DNA of 64,000 nt, taken from the NCBI GenBank assembly GCA_963786935.1, contig CAWBAN010000002.1:160001-224000 (forward strand). The letters run 5' to 3'. A model generated the notes under the pieces. The model saw nothing but the letters and a program-made list of their open reading frames with translations, was not told the origin of the DNA and did no database searches. Below, in pieces: positions 1 through 9,430 of the stretch. This stretch comes from an uncultured bacterium (GTDB lineage: Bacteria > Krumholzibacteriota > Krumholzibacteriia > Krumholzibacteriales > Krumholzibacteriaceae). Made by a program: the position numbers and the translations under genes. Position 1 is the stretch's first letter, and the number at the start of each line of letters is the position of its first letter.

Positions 1-2
1 TC

Positions 3-392
3 TACGGCGAGCTCGTCCGCGCGCTCGAAGCCTATCGCGGCCATATGGACCGCATGGAGTTTTCCCGCGCGCTCGGCGCCTACTGGTCGGTCATCCAGCG
101 CGCGAACCGGTTCATCGAGGAGAAGCGCCCGTGGGACCTCGCCAAGGACCCGGCGAAGTACCACGAGCTCGAGGAGATGTTCCGCGAGCTTCTCGCCGTG
201 CTCAGGGCCTCGGGCGTCGTGCTCCTGCCGTTCATGCCCCGCAAGATGGCGGAGATGCTCGCCCAGCTCGGGGCGGCGAAGCTCACGATGTGCGATCTGC
301 CGGAGAAGGCGGCCGGCGCGAGCTCCCTCGCGCAGCCGGTGCCGCTTTTCCCGCGCATCAAGGTGGACAGCGCCGATCTCCTGAAGGGTTGA
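3..392 (+). CDS. metG: Methionyl-tRNA synthetase, C-terminal anticodon-binding part (5' truncated by window)
   Basis: Frame is open from position 3. Motifs ANRFIEEKRPWDLAK, LLPFMP and PLFPRI are typical of the MetRS anticodon domain. Precedes tatD-rsmA, a common gene order. Confidence 0.85.
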   Translation, partial: YGELVRALEAYRGHMDRMEFSRALGAYWSVIQRANRFIEEKRPWDLAKDPAKYHELEEMFRELLAVLRASGVVLLPFMPRKMAEMLAQLGAAKLTMCDLPEKAAGASSLAQPVPLFPRIKVDSADLLKG

Positions 393-399
393 TTCGCGC

Positions 400-1776
400 A
401 TGCTCGTCGACTCCCACGTCCATCTCGACATGCAGCAGTTCCGGAACGACCTCGAAGACGTCGTCGAGCGCGCCCGCGCCGCCGGCGTGCGCGAGATGCT
501 GCAGGTCTGCTACGACGCGCGATCGGTCGACGCGACGATCGCGCTGACCCGGCGCTTCGAGGACGTGTTCGGCGCGCTCGGCATCCATCCGCACGACGCG
601 AAGGAATGGAACGAATCGCTCGAGCAGAAGATCCGGGAGGGGCTCTTCCGCGACAAGATCGTCGCCGTCGGCGAGATAGGGCTCGACTACTACCGCGACC
701 TCTCGCCGCGGGAGCGGCAGCGCGAGGTCTTCCGGCGGCAGATCGGGATCGCGCTCGAGCACAAGAAGCCGATCGTCGTGCACTCCCGCGAGGCGTTCGA
801 CGACACGATCGACATCCTCCGCGAGGAGGGGGCCTCGGCGGTCGGGGGCATCTTCCACGCCTTCCCCGGCGGGATCGAGGAGGCCCGCGAGGCGATCCGC
901 CTCGGCTTCCTCATCGGCATCGGCGGGCCGCTCACGTACAAGAGCTCGCGGCTTCCCGCCGTCGCGAAGGTGCTTCCCTCGTCGGCGTTCGTCCTCGAGA
1001 CGGACTGCCCCTATCTTCCCCCCGAGCCGCACCGGGGCACGCGCAACGAGCCGTTCCGCGTGACGCTCGTCCGCGACCGGCTCGCCATGATCCGGGGCGT
1101 CGAGCCCGAGGACATCGAGCGCGCCTCCGGGGTCAGCTATCAGCGGCTCATTCATAAGAAGAAGAACGTCCCCGGCGCCGTCGCGTACTCCTTCAAGAGA
1201 AACATATATATCAACGTCACGCGCGCCTGCACGAACGACTGCGTCTTCTGCCTCCGGAACCGCCGCGACAACTTCCTCTACGGCTACAACCTCAACCTCG
1301 CCGCCGATCCGACGGCGGCGCAGATGGCCGAGTCCGCGTCCGCCCTCGCGCGGGAGAAGAAGCACGCGGAGATCGTCTTCTGCGGCTACGGCGAGCCGAC
1401 GTGCCGGCTCGAGGAGGTGCTCGCGGCGGCGCGCGCGTTGAAATCCCTCGGGCTGCCGCTGCGGCTCGACACGAACGGCCACGGGAACACGATCAACCGG
1501 CACGACGTCGTGCCGGAGCTCGCCGAGATCTTCAGCGGCGTCTCGGTCAGCCTCAACGCCCACGACCGCGCCTCGTACGTGAAGCTCTGCCGCCCGGACG
1601 CGGGAGAGAAGGCGTTCGACGCCGTGATCGATTTCATCAAGCGCGCCGCGGCCTCTCCGATGGCGTGCGCCGTGACCGTGCTCGATTATCCGGGCGTGGA
1701 CGTCGAGGCGTGCCGCCGGCTCGTCGCGACGATTCCGCGCGCGAAGTTCCGCGTGAGGACGTATTACATGGAGTGA
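400..1776 (+). CDS. TatD-family nuclease fused to a C-terminal radical SAM domain
   Basis: DSHVH, GEIGLDY, HSREA and LETDCPY TatD motifs. C-terminal CTNDCVFC (CxxxCxxC) and FCGYGEP. Confidence 0.9.
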   Translation: MLVDSHVHLDMQQFRNDLEDVVERARAAGVREMLQVCYDARSVDATIALTRRFEDVFGALGIHPHDAKEWNESLEQKIREGLFRDKIVAVGEIGLDYYRDLSPRERQREVFRRQIGIALEHKKPIVVHSREAFDDTIDILREEGASAVGGIFHAFPGGIEEAREAIRLGFLIGIGGPLTYKSSRLPAVAKVLPSSAFVLETDCPYLPPEPHRGTRNEPFRVTLVRDRLAMIRGVEPEDIERASGVSYQRLIHKKKNVPGAVAYSFKRNIYINVTRACTNDCVFCLRNRRDNFLYGYNLNLAADPTAAQMAESASALAREKKHAEIVFCGYGEPTCRLEEVLAAARALKSLGLPLRLDTNGHGNTINRHDVVPELAEIFSGVSVSLNAHDRASYVKLCRPDAGEKAFDAVIDFIKRAAASPMACAVTVLDYPGVDVEACRRLVATIPRAKFRVRTYYME

Positions 1777-1780
1777 CGCA

Positions 1781-2593
1781 GTGCTTCCAGCCAAGAAAGG
1801 GCTCGGGCAGAATTTTCTCACGGCGGAGCCGGTGGCCCGGAGGATCGCGCAGTCGATTTCCCCGGGTCCCGGCGATCTCGTCTTCGAGATCGGCCCCGGG
1901 CGGGGCGCCCTCACGACGCCGCTCGCGGAGAGCGGGGCCGCGGTCGTCGCCTTCGAGATCGACGGCGCGCTCGTCGATCTCCTCCGCGAGAAGTTCGCCG
2001 CGTCTCCCCACGTCGAGATCCTCCATGCCGACATCCGCGACATCGACTTCGACGAGGAGGCCCGCCGGCGCGGCGCGGCGACGTACAAGCTCGCCGGCAA
2101 CATTCCCTACAACCTCACCGCGCCGATTCTCGTCGATCTCGCCCGCTGGCGGATGATGAGCGCGGCGGTGGTCATGATGCAGCGGGAGGTCGGCGACCGG
2201 ATCCTGACCGAGCCGGGGGAACGCAACTGCGGTATTTTGTCGATTTTTCTCCGGACTTATTTTATAATGAAGAAGGTGCTCAGGGTCCGTCCCGGCTCCT
2301 TCATGCCGCCCCCCAAGGTCGAGAGCGTCGTGCTCGGATTCGCGCCGCACGCGCCGGGGAGAGGACCCGAAGACAGGGGGGCGTTTCTCCAGTTCCTGAA
2401 AGGGTGCTTCGCCCATCGAAGGAAAAAGCTCCGCAACGTCCTGGGAGAATTGCTAGAGTTAGAAACTGCTAAGGATTTGGACAGGCTGAGCAGGCTTTCG
2501 GGCGTCGATTTTGCTAGTCGTCCTGAAGAGCTTCCGCTCGAAAGCTGGTTCAACCTCTTCGCGGCGTCCCGGGACGTGAAAGGGCTTCGATGA
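1781..2593 (+). CDS. rsmA: 16S rRNA adenine dimethyltransferase RsmA/KsgA
   Basis: GQNFL, EIGPGRG, GNIPYN, SFMPPPKVES and RRKKL motifs. GTG start. Confidence 0.93.
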   Translation: MLPAKKGLGQNFLTAEPVARRIAQSISPGPGDLVFEIGPGRGALTTPLAESGAAVVAFEIDGALVDLLREKFAASPHVEILHADIRDIDFDEEARRRGAATYKLAGNIPYNLTAPILVDLARWRMMSAAVVMMQREVGDRILTEPGERNCGILSIFLRTYFIMKKVLRVRPGSFMPPPKVESVVLGFAPHAPGRGPEDRGAFLQFLKGCFAHRRKKLRNVLGELLELETAKDLDRLSRLSGVDFASRPEELPLESWFNLFAASRDVKGLR

Positions 2594-4650
2594 GCATCCG
2601 CACCCGCATCGCGTGCGAATTCATAGGCTTAACCGTCGCGCTCCTCTGCGTATGGGGCGCCGCGGCGCCCACCCGATCGCAGACCTCGCAGAAGCCGAAT
2701 CTCTCCGATTTCGCCCGCCGCGCCCAGCTGCAGGACTCGCTCCGGGCCGCCGGGGATTCGCTCCGGGCCGATTCGCTGGCGGCCGCGGATTCTCTCGCCG
2801 CCGATTCTCTGGCCGCGGATTCCCTGCCGCCCGACACGATCGACCGGTTCGTCCCCGTCAGCAAGTCCACGGTCTCGAGCAACGATGTTTACGTCGCGCT
2901 GGGCACCGGGCTCAATGTCGGCTTCGAACCCGGCGGAGGGTGGAGGCTCATGGGCGACGTCAACATCGAGCATAAACGATACCGCCAGCTCGATATGGAA
3001 GATGTCACCGAGAGGGCCATCGGAAAGGCGGACAAGATTCGCCCCGGCCTGTACCGGGTCGGGCTGCAGGCCGGCGATAACTACAGCAAGAAGACGACGC
3101 TCGGGATCGGCAGGTTCGGGCAGGACATCGTATTCACCGATACGGGCGCGACGCTCGATTTCGCCCTCATGAAACGGCTTCTCGGGGCTACACAATCTGA
3201 CCTCACCTTCAAGGGGGGCGCAAACAAGGGAACACACGATTTCAAGTATGATCGCACGATGATGGGGAGCGCGAGCGGAACGCTCACCTACGTTTTCGGC
3301 GGTCTCATGACGGTCACGGGAGGCGGGGGCCTGAGCGAGAAGCGGGAGCGGAGCTATATTGGCCCGGTCCGCTTCGGCCCGATGGCGAGCAACGCCGATT
3401 CGCTGCGTGCGGCGGTGAGCTACGGCAAGGGCTCGACGAAAACGGTCGACGTGTCCTACTCCTGGCTCAAGGGCGTGAACCGCCGGGTGATGCCCCCCCT
3501 CGGCAACGCGTACGAGATTCTCGACAAGCCGTGGCTCGCCAAGCAGGAGGAGGCGCGGAGCCGGGGCGAGCAGCTCACCGTGAACACGAACGTCACTCCC
3601 ATCTCGTATCTCAACGTCGCGATCAACTTCAGGCATCTGAACGCAACGGAGAATTATCTGGTGGACACGCGGCTCTCGATGGAAAGCGAGGATAACTCGA
3701 TCGGCGCCGACGCCTCCTATTCCTACGCCGCCGGGGGGAGGATGCGTTTCGGCGTTTCCGCGAAGAACAAGCTGGCGGATTACGGGCCGGTCTCCCTCTC
3801 GAGCTTCAGGGAGCGGGAGCGAGTCCTGAGCGCCGGGATCACGCAGAAGATCGGCGATTCCATCACGGTCGATCTCAGCGGCTCGGGATCTCTCAATCAG
3901 CGCTTCTTCCTGAAGCAGGACGTCAATCCCCGCGACGCGGACATCCTCATGTATCGCGGGGATATGACCCTGCGGGCGCCGTATCGAACGTTCAGTATCG
4001 ACGTGGATTTTCTCATCGACCGCTTCGAGACGATCAACATCGACAAAACGTACTCGGGGGACAACCGGGTCGACTACAAATATCAGCTCGGGCCCACGCT
4101 CAGGCTCAACCCCGCGCGCTGGCTTACCCTCTCCCAGGATTACATCGTCAAAATCGAGTTCACCGATTTCGTCTTCAAGGAGGACGAGAACTATCTGAAC
4201 AGAACCACGACCTGCAATACGCGCGCGTACTTCGATCCGAGCCGGCGGTTCGGCTTCGATTTCATATACAGCTTTCTGGGGAAAGACACCGGAAGCTATC
4301 TGATGCGCGGGGAGAGCCGGAAATACAGCCCGAGCAACGAGAGTATCGAGCACTCTTTGAGAATGGCGACACGGTACGAGGTGGTCCGGGATCTCCTCGT
4401 CAAAGGCCAGACGAATTTCAGGTTCCAGGAGAGCAACGCCTTCGCGTCCCGAGACGGCCAGAAAGTCATCTCGTCGACGACGACGTACCAGTCGGGGGGC
4501 ATGAGCGTCGGCTTCGAGAGAAGGGTGAGCTTCGGGGAGCGCGGCGGTTTGGCTCTCGATCTCGCGTACGTGCGGAATTACGGGCCCTACATCACGCCCG
4601 AGCGCAAGGAATACTGGGAAGGGGACGCGGAGCTCACGCTCAAGTTCTAG
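2590..4650 (+). CDS. Hypothetical exported protein, probable outer-membrane beta-barrel
   Basis: Signal-peptide-like N-terminus, ADSL low-complexity repeats, many amphipathic beta-like segments and a C-terminal Phe (ELTLKF). ATGA overlap with rsmA. Confidence 0.65.
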   Translation: MSIRTRIACEFIGLTVALLCVWGAAAPTRSQTSQKPNLSDFARRAQLQDSLRAAGDSLRADSLAAADSLAADSLAADSLPPDTIDRFVPVSKSTVSSNDVYVALGTGLNVGFEPGGGWRLMGDVNIEHKRYRQLDMEDVTERAIGKADKIRPGLYRVGLQAGDNYSKKTTLGIGRFGQDIVFTDTGATLDFALMKRLLGATQSDLTFKGGANKGTHDFKYDRTMMGSASGTLTYVFGGLMTVTGGGGLSEKRERSYIGPVRFGPMASNADSLRAAVSYGKGSTKTVDVSYSWLKGVNRRVMPPLGNAYEILDKPWLAKQEEARSRGEQLTVNTNVTPISYLNVAINFRHLNATENYLVDTRLSMESEDNSIGADASYSYAAGGRMRFGVSAKNKLADYGPVSLSSFRERERVLSAGITQKIGDSITVDLSGSGSLNQRFFLKQDVNPRDADILMYRGDMTLRAPYRTFSIDVDFLIDRFETINIDKTYSGDNRVDYKYQLGPTLRLNPARWLTLSQDYIVKIEFTDFVFKEDENYLNRTTTCNTRAYFDPSRRFGFDFIYSFLGKDTGSYLMRGESRKYSPSNESIEHSLRMATRYEVVRDLLVKGQTNFRFQESNAFASRDGQKVISSTTTYQSGGMSVGFERRVSFGERGGLALDLAYVRNYGPYITPERKEYWEGDAELTLKF

Positions 4651-4663
4651 GAGGATGAACGAC

Positions 4664-5251
4664 ATGAGGAAATTTCTGATTGCGGGGCTCCTGATCGCCG
4701 CGACGATCGCGCCCGCGGGATGCGACATCTTCGAGCCGCGCACCGCCGATCAGCCGGGGGAGGGGACAAACGAGTATCCGTGGATCGTGCCCAACAGGCC
4801 CAAGGACGTGTTCGTCAATCTCGCGAGCGGGCTCGCCTCGCCGCTCAACTCGAACTACGAGCGGAGCCTCGACGGATCGTTCACCTTCATCCCCTCGGCC
4901 GACGCCGAGGCCGTGTATCCGGGCGTCTTCGCCGATTGGACGAAGGAGATCGAGCTCGACGTGCTCACGAGGATCAAGACGCTCTACCTCGGGGTACGGA
5001 CGGTGCAGTTCGGTGACGCGAACCTGAACTTCACCGTCGAGAACGAACAGGTAGGCTTCGCGACCTACGAGGGCCCGTATTCTATAACGCTCAACGTCGG
5101 CGACGGCTCGCCGGCCGCATTCTACGCCGGCATCGCGCGCTTCACCATCGTGCAGGGGACGCAGGGGTGGGTGATGACGATTTGGGAGGACATCCAGCCG
5201 GTCGGGGCGAATCAGACCTCGGGTTTCCTTCGAGGTCCGTTAAAGCAATAG
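4664..5251 (+). CDS. Hypothetical lipoprotein
   Basis: GGAGGA SD upstream of ATG 4664; lipobox-like PAGC. Distantly similar to the next three genes. Confidence 0.7.
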   Translation: MRKFLIAGLLIAATIAPAGCDIFEPRTADQPGEGTNEYPWIVPNRPKDVFVNLASGLASPLNSNYERSLDGSFTFIPSADAEAVYPGVFADWTKEIELDVLTRIKTLYLGVRTVQFGDANLNFTVENEQVGFATYEGPYSITLNVGDGSPAAFYAGIARFTIVQGTQGWVMTIWEDIQPVGANQTSGFLRGPLKQ

Positions 5252-5308
5252 GGCGCAAGGCTTGCATATAGTGACCGAAAATCAGAGATATGGAGGATTA
5301 ATATGTCC

Positions 5309-5337
5309 TTGAAAAATTCACCCGAATATGCTAATAT
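5309..5337 (+). promoter_or_regulatory. sigma70-type promoter
   Basis: TTGAAA-N17-TAATAT with an extended TG, upstream of the AGGAGG SD of the 5357 gene. Confidence 0.55.
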
Positions 5338-5356
5338 TCCACAAGGAGGAAAACGT

Positions 5357-5938
5357 ATGCTTGGAAACAGGATGAAATTCGCGTTTCTGTCTCTCGCTGC
5401 ATTCGCGTTGATCGTTTTTTCGGGATGCATCCTCTCCCCGGACGAGGAAGCGCCCGACAAACCGCCGGTTATTACCTACAAGCCGCTCACGGAGAAGGAA
5501 AACCTCATATACAACCTTTTGCAGTGCTATAAGGATCGTAACATTACCGAATACGAGAAGCTTCTCCACGGCGATTTTCTCTGGTACAACCAAGCCGGCT
5601 CCGCAACCGAGTACAACTTGAGGACCGATGACGTCAGGATGACGCGAGGGCTGTTCGAAGCAGCCAAGAACACGTACCCCAATCAGGACCTCTGGATCGA
5701 CAGGCTCGATCTCTGGATAGCGAGCCCCGGAAACTGGACTCAGGTACCCGATATCGCGGGAACTCCCTGCGCGGACTGCTGGGAGACGACGAGAGACTAC
5801 CAAATCACGGCGGTCATGAACGGCGGGGACAAGACATTGGTGGGGAACGACCTCATCAAGCTATACGCCATCGGCATCGACGAAGGCGGCACGAAGATCT
5901 ATAAATTCCTTCGGATGGACGATATCCTGCAGAACTAG
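5357..5938 (+). CDS. Hypothetical lipoprotein, paralog 1
   Basis: AGGAGG SD; lipobox FSGC; motifs YEKLLHxDFLWY and DIAGTPCADCWET shared with the next two genes. Confidence 0.75.
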   Translation: MLGNRMKFAFLSLAAFALIVFSGCILSPDEEAPDKPPVITYKPLTEKENLIYNLLQCYKDRNITEYEKLLHGDFLWYNQAGSATEYNLRTDDVRMTRGLFEAAKNTYPNQDLWIDRLDLWIASPGNWTQVPDIAGTPCADCWETTRDYQITAVMNGGDKTLVGNDLIKLYAIGIDEGGTKIYKFLRMDDILQN

Positions 5939-5994
5939 CCATGAGCGCGCACAAGCCGCAAGGCTCGCGCGCTGTCTTGGTTTGCAAGCAATCG

Positions 5995-6024
5995 AGCCCC
6001 CTCCCCCGAGGGGGCTTTTCTTTT
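5995..6024 (+). terminator. Rho-independent terminator
   Basis: Stem AGCCCCCTC/GAGGGGGCT followed by TTTCTTTT. Confidence 0.7.
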
Positions 6025-6072
6025 GCCCCTGCCGGCATTATATTTAATCGTCGAGATGAGGGGGGGAACGTG

Positions 6073-6669
6073 ATGAAATCCGCGTTCGAATTGCGAACCG
6101 CGGCGCTCGAGCGCATAGTTCGAGGTGCCGCCCTCGCGGCTATCGTCTCCCTGCTGCTCGTTTCCGGCTGCTCCGACGATCCCGCGAAGCCGAAAATCGC
6201 GGCGCCGCGCTATCCCGAGACCACGTCGCCGGAGATCGTGGTCGATAACCTGCTCCTGAGCTACCAGGACCGCGACATCGAGCAGTTCGAGAAGCTGCTT
6301 CATCAGGACTATATATGGTATCACCAAGCGGGGATGGCGCCGGAGTTCTGTACGAGGATCGAGGACATAAACATGACGCTCAACATGTTTCTTGCCGCGG
6401 AGCATAAACATCCGAACAAAAACCTCTGGCTCGACCAGCTCAAGCTCGAGCTCGAGCCGCCGAGACCGTGGAATCCGGTCGTCGATATCGCCGGAGTCCC
6501 CTGCGCGGGCTGCTTCGAGACGAGTCGGATCTACCTCGTGACGGCCATGACGGCCGGCGGCGCGATTACCTATTTGCCCACCGATCTCATCCAGATCTTC
6601 GTAGCCCCGGTCGATGCGAACGGCACGACGGTCTACCGGATCATCCGCATGGACGACATTCACTGGTAG
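6073..6669 (+). CDS. Hypothetical lipoprotein, paralog 2
   Basis: Lipobox VSGC; FEKLLHQDYIWY; DIAGVPCAGCFET. Confidence 0.75.
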   Translation: MKSAFELRTAALERIVRGAALAAIVSLLLVSGCSDDPAKPKIAAPRYPETTSPEIVVDNLLLSYQDRDIEQFEKLLHQDYIWYHQAGMAPEFCTRIEDINMTLNMFLAAEHKHPNKNLWLDQLKLELEPPRPWNPVVDIAGVPCAGCFETSRIYLVTAMTAGGAITYLPTDLIQIFVAPVDANGTTVYRIIRMDDIHW

Positions 6670-6714
6670 TGGAGCGGCTCCTTATTGAACCGAACAATGC
6701 GCGGGCTTTCTTCC

Positions 6715-6743
6715 TTGATTGGACACTCCGTTAGGCATATAAT
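6715..6743 (+). promoter_or_regulatory. sigma70-type promoter
   Basis: TTGATT-N17-TATAAT upstream of the 6766 gene. Confidence 0.6.
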
Positions 6744-6765
6744 CTGTCCAGCTTCTAGGGGCGGA

Positions 6766-7386
6766 ATGAACGTGAAACAATTTGGGATGCTCCGAATCGC
6801 ATTGCTGGCTCTTGCCGTTGCTGCGGCTGTTGTTATCAGCTGCTCCGATGATCCTGCGCGGCCGAAATTCACGCCGGCGCCCCGATATCCCGATGCGACC
6901 ACGCCCGACATCGTGATCAGCAATCTTCTCAAGAGCTACGAGGATCGCAACATCGAGCAATTCGCGAAGCTGCTCCACCCCGACTATATCTGGTACAACC
7001 AACTCGGGGTAACGCCTGAGTTCTACACGAGAAGCGAAGATTCCGTGATCACGGGCAGTATGTTCCTCGCGGCCTTGCATGCGCATCCGGATGAGGCGCT
7101 TTGGCTGGATAAGCTCGAGCTCTTGCTCGCGCAGGGATCCTGGGTGTCGATCGTCGATATCGCCGGAGTCCCCTGCGAAGGCTGCAAAGAGACGACGAGG
7201 GAATACGAGATTACGCTCGTGATGGCCGGCGGCGCAATGACACTGATAGCCGTTGACCTCGTGCAATTCATCGTAGCCCCGGTCGAAGTGAACGGCACGA
7301 CGGTCTACCGGATCCTGCGCTGCGATGACTTGCGCATGCAGCGAAGCGGCTCCATGGTGCCCGTGCCGATGCCCGGCCGTCCTTGA
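6766..7386 (+). CDS. Hypothetical lipoprotein, paralog 3
   Basis: Lipobox VISC; FAKLLHPDYIWY; DIAGVPCEGCKET. Shares identical DNA blocks with paralog 2. Confidence 0.75.
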   Translation: MNVKQFGMLRIALLALAVAAAVVISCSDDPARPKFTPAPRYPDATTPDIVISNLLKSYEDRNIEQFAKLLHPDYIWYNQLGVTPEFYTRSEDSVITGSMFLAALHAHPDEALWLDKLELLLAQGSWVSIVDIAGVPCEGCKETTREYEITLVMAGGAMTLIAVDLVQFIVAPVEVNGTTVYRILRCDDLRMQRSGSMVPVPMPGRP

Positions 7387-7412
7387 CTTCCCCCCGGCCC
7401 CGCGCCTATAGT
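7383..7412 (+). promoter_or_regulatory. sigma70-type promoter, probably giving a leaderless mRNA
   Basis: TTGACT-N18-TATAGT, then 6 nt, then GTG at 7419. No SD. Confidence 0.55.
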
Positions 7413-7418
7413 ATCCCC

Positions 7419-8609
7419 GTGGCAAAAGGCAAGACACACAGCTCGTCCCGGCTCAAGGGCGTGGCGATTCTTCTCTGTCTCGTGTTCGTCGCCTCTCTCG
7501 GGCTCTACCGCTATTTCAAAACGGAGAGCGGCTCCGTGTTTCTCCTCGACGCCGGGATCGACAGCCGCTACGCGAACGTCCAGCGGGACGTCGAGCGTCG
7601 GGTCGTCAAGGCGCTCCGGCGGCACGGCGTCATGAGCCGCAGCCTGAAGATCACGCAGGAAAACGAGCCGGGGCAGGCGGCGCCCGTCTCGGTCATCCGG
7701 GCGGAGACCCCGCCCGAGGCCTCCCTCGTCCAGATCAACGCTTCGATAACGAAGGCAGTCCGCGCGATCGGAGCCCGCGTGCGTTCCTGCCAGGAGGGGA
7801 AGGACGGCACGATCATCACGATGGAGATCGGCACGAAGCGCGCGCTCACGCACCGGTGCGTGATCAAGAAGGGCTCGGCGCGGGCCCGTCGCGGCGCGGC
7901 CGAGCGGAATCCCGTGCGCGTCGTCGCGCTCTGCGTGGACGATTTCGGCTTCTTCAACAACCAGCTCGTGAAGGATTTTCTCGATCTCGACATCCCGCTC
8001 ACGATCTCGGTGATACCGGGGCTCAAATATTCGGCGAAGATCTGTCTCGCGGCGGCGGAGGAGGGGAAGGACGTTCTGTGCCATCTTCCGATGGAGGCGG
8101 AGAAGGAGGCGTGGGACAGCGGCGAGATTCCGCTCATCAGGACGGGGATGAAGGCGGCGGAGATCGAGAAGGCGGTCGCGCAGGCGCTCGAGACGACCCC
8201 GGGCGCCATCGGGATCAACAACCATATGGGCTCGAAGGCGACCGCCGACCGGGCGCTCATGAAGGCGGTGCTCGGGCTCTGCCGCGAGCGCGGGATCTTC
8301 TTCTTCGACAGCATGACGACGTCGCACTCGGTCGTCGGCGACGTCGCGAAGGAGGTCGGCGCGAGCACGGCGTCGAACGACCTGTTCGTCGACGGCGGCG
8401 ACGGCGAAACGCGCGAGAACATGCGGAAGCTTCTGTCGATCGCGGCCCGCAGGGGCTCGGCGATCGGCATCGTTCACGTGCGGCCGCAGACGCTCGAGGA
8501 TCTGCGCTGGATGATCGACGAGGCGCGAAAAGAGGGGATCGAGTTCATCACGATCTCCCAGATGATAAAGAGACACAGCCTGGCGTTGGCGGAAGGAGGA
8601 GGGCTTTGA
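7419..8609 (+). CDS. Divergent polysaccharide deacetylase family protein (YibQ-like)
   Basis: N-terminal TM helix; CVDDFG, HLPME, GINNHMGS and FFFDS motifs. Confidence 0.85.
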   Translation: MAKGKTHSSSRLKGVAILLCLVFVASLGLYRYFKTESGSVFLLDAGIDSRYANVQRDVERRVVKALRRHGVMSRSLKITQENEPGQAAPVSVIRAETPPEASLVQINASITKAVRAIGARVRSCQEGKDGTIITMEIGTKRALTHRCVIKKGSARARRGAAERNPVRVVALCVDDFGFFNNQLVKDFLDLDIPLTISVIPGLKYSAKICLAAAEEGKDVLCHLPMEAEKEAWDSGEIPLIRTGMKAAEIEKAVAQALETTPGAIGINNHMGSKATADRALMKAVLGLCRERGIFFFDSMTTSHSVVGDVAKEVGASTASNDLFVDGGDGETRENMRKLLSIAARRGSAIGIVHVRPQTLEDLRWMIDEARKEGIEFITISQMIKRHSLALAEGGGL

Positions 8610-9325
8610 GCACGATACGGCTTGGGGTCAATATCGATCACGTGGCGACGCTCCGCGAGGCGAGGAAGGCGACGGAGCCCGATCCGGTGACCGCGGCCAT
8701 GATGGCCGAGCAGGGGGGCGCCGATCAGATCACCTTTCACCTGCGGGAGGACCGGCGGCACATCCAGAACCGCGACGCGCGGCTCATCAGCGAGCTCGCG
8801 CAGACGCGGGTCAACATGGAGATGGCGGCGACGACCGAGATGCAGGAGATCGCGCTCGCGCTCCGTCCCGATTCGGTGACGCTCGTGCCCGAGAAGCGCG
8901 AAGAGGTGACGACCGAAGGGGGCCTCGACGTCGTCAAGATGAGCGCCGCCGTGACGCCGATCGTCAAATCGCTCAAGGAAGGCGGGATCTCGGTGGCGGC
9001 CTTCCTCAATCCCGATCAGGCGCAGATCAAGGAGGCCGCGAAGATCGGCTTCGACGCGGTCGAGATCCACACCGGCGAGTACGCGAACGCGGGGCGCACG
9101 GAGGTCGAGCGGACGCTCCGGGCGATCCGCGACGCGGCCTCGGCGACGGCCAAGCACGGCATGCGGGCGCACGCGGGGCACGGCCTCACCTATCACAACG
9201 TCCGCGCGATCGTCGAGATCCGCGAGATCGAGGAGCTCAACATCGGCCACAGCATCCTTGCGCGGGCGATGTTCGTCGGGATCGAGCAGGCGGTGCGGGA
9301 GATGGCGGCGCTGCTGAGGCGGTGA
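8606..9325 (+). CDS. pdxJ: Pyridoxine 5'-phosphate synthase
   Basis: LGVNIDHVATLREAR, HLREDRRHI, LTTEGGL-like and AGHGL motifs, ELNIGHS. TTG start overlaps the upstream TGA. Confidence 0.95.
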   Translation: MSTIRLGVNIDHVATLREARKATEPDPVTAAMMAEQGGADQITFHLREDRRHIQNRDARLISELAQTRVNMEMAATTEMQEIALALRPDSVTLVPEKREEVTTEGGLDVVKMSAAVTPIVKSLKEGGISVAAFLNPDQAQIKEAAKIGFDAVEIHTGEYANAGRTEVERTLRAIRDAASATAKHGMRAHAGHGLTYHNVRAIVEIREIEELNIGHSILARAMFVGIEQAVREMAALLRR

Positions 9326-9430
9326 GGGGTAGGGGCGGCGGGCTTCTCATTCGAATATTTATCCGAACGGCGAGGCCTTTTCGATGCGGCGCGGCGCGGG
9401 GAGCGACCCCCGCGCCGCGCGCGTTGCGAG

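Noticed and set aside
400..1776. TatD-radical SAM fusion as a novelty
   Set aside because: This pairing is an already described family, and the metG-tatD-rsmA order is common.
5251..7386. Lipoprotein paralogs as integron cassettes
   Set aside because: The intergenic regions contain promoters and a terminator but no attC-like boxes.
9330..9430. Hairpin downstream of the 340-aa gene as an attC site
   Set aside because: No complementary RYYYAAC/GTTRRRY pair brackets it. A terminator-like stem is the simpler reading.
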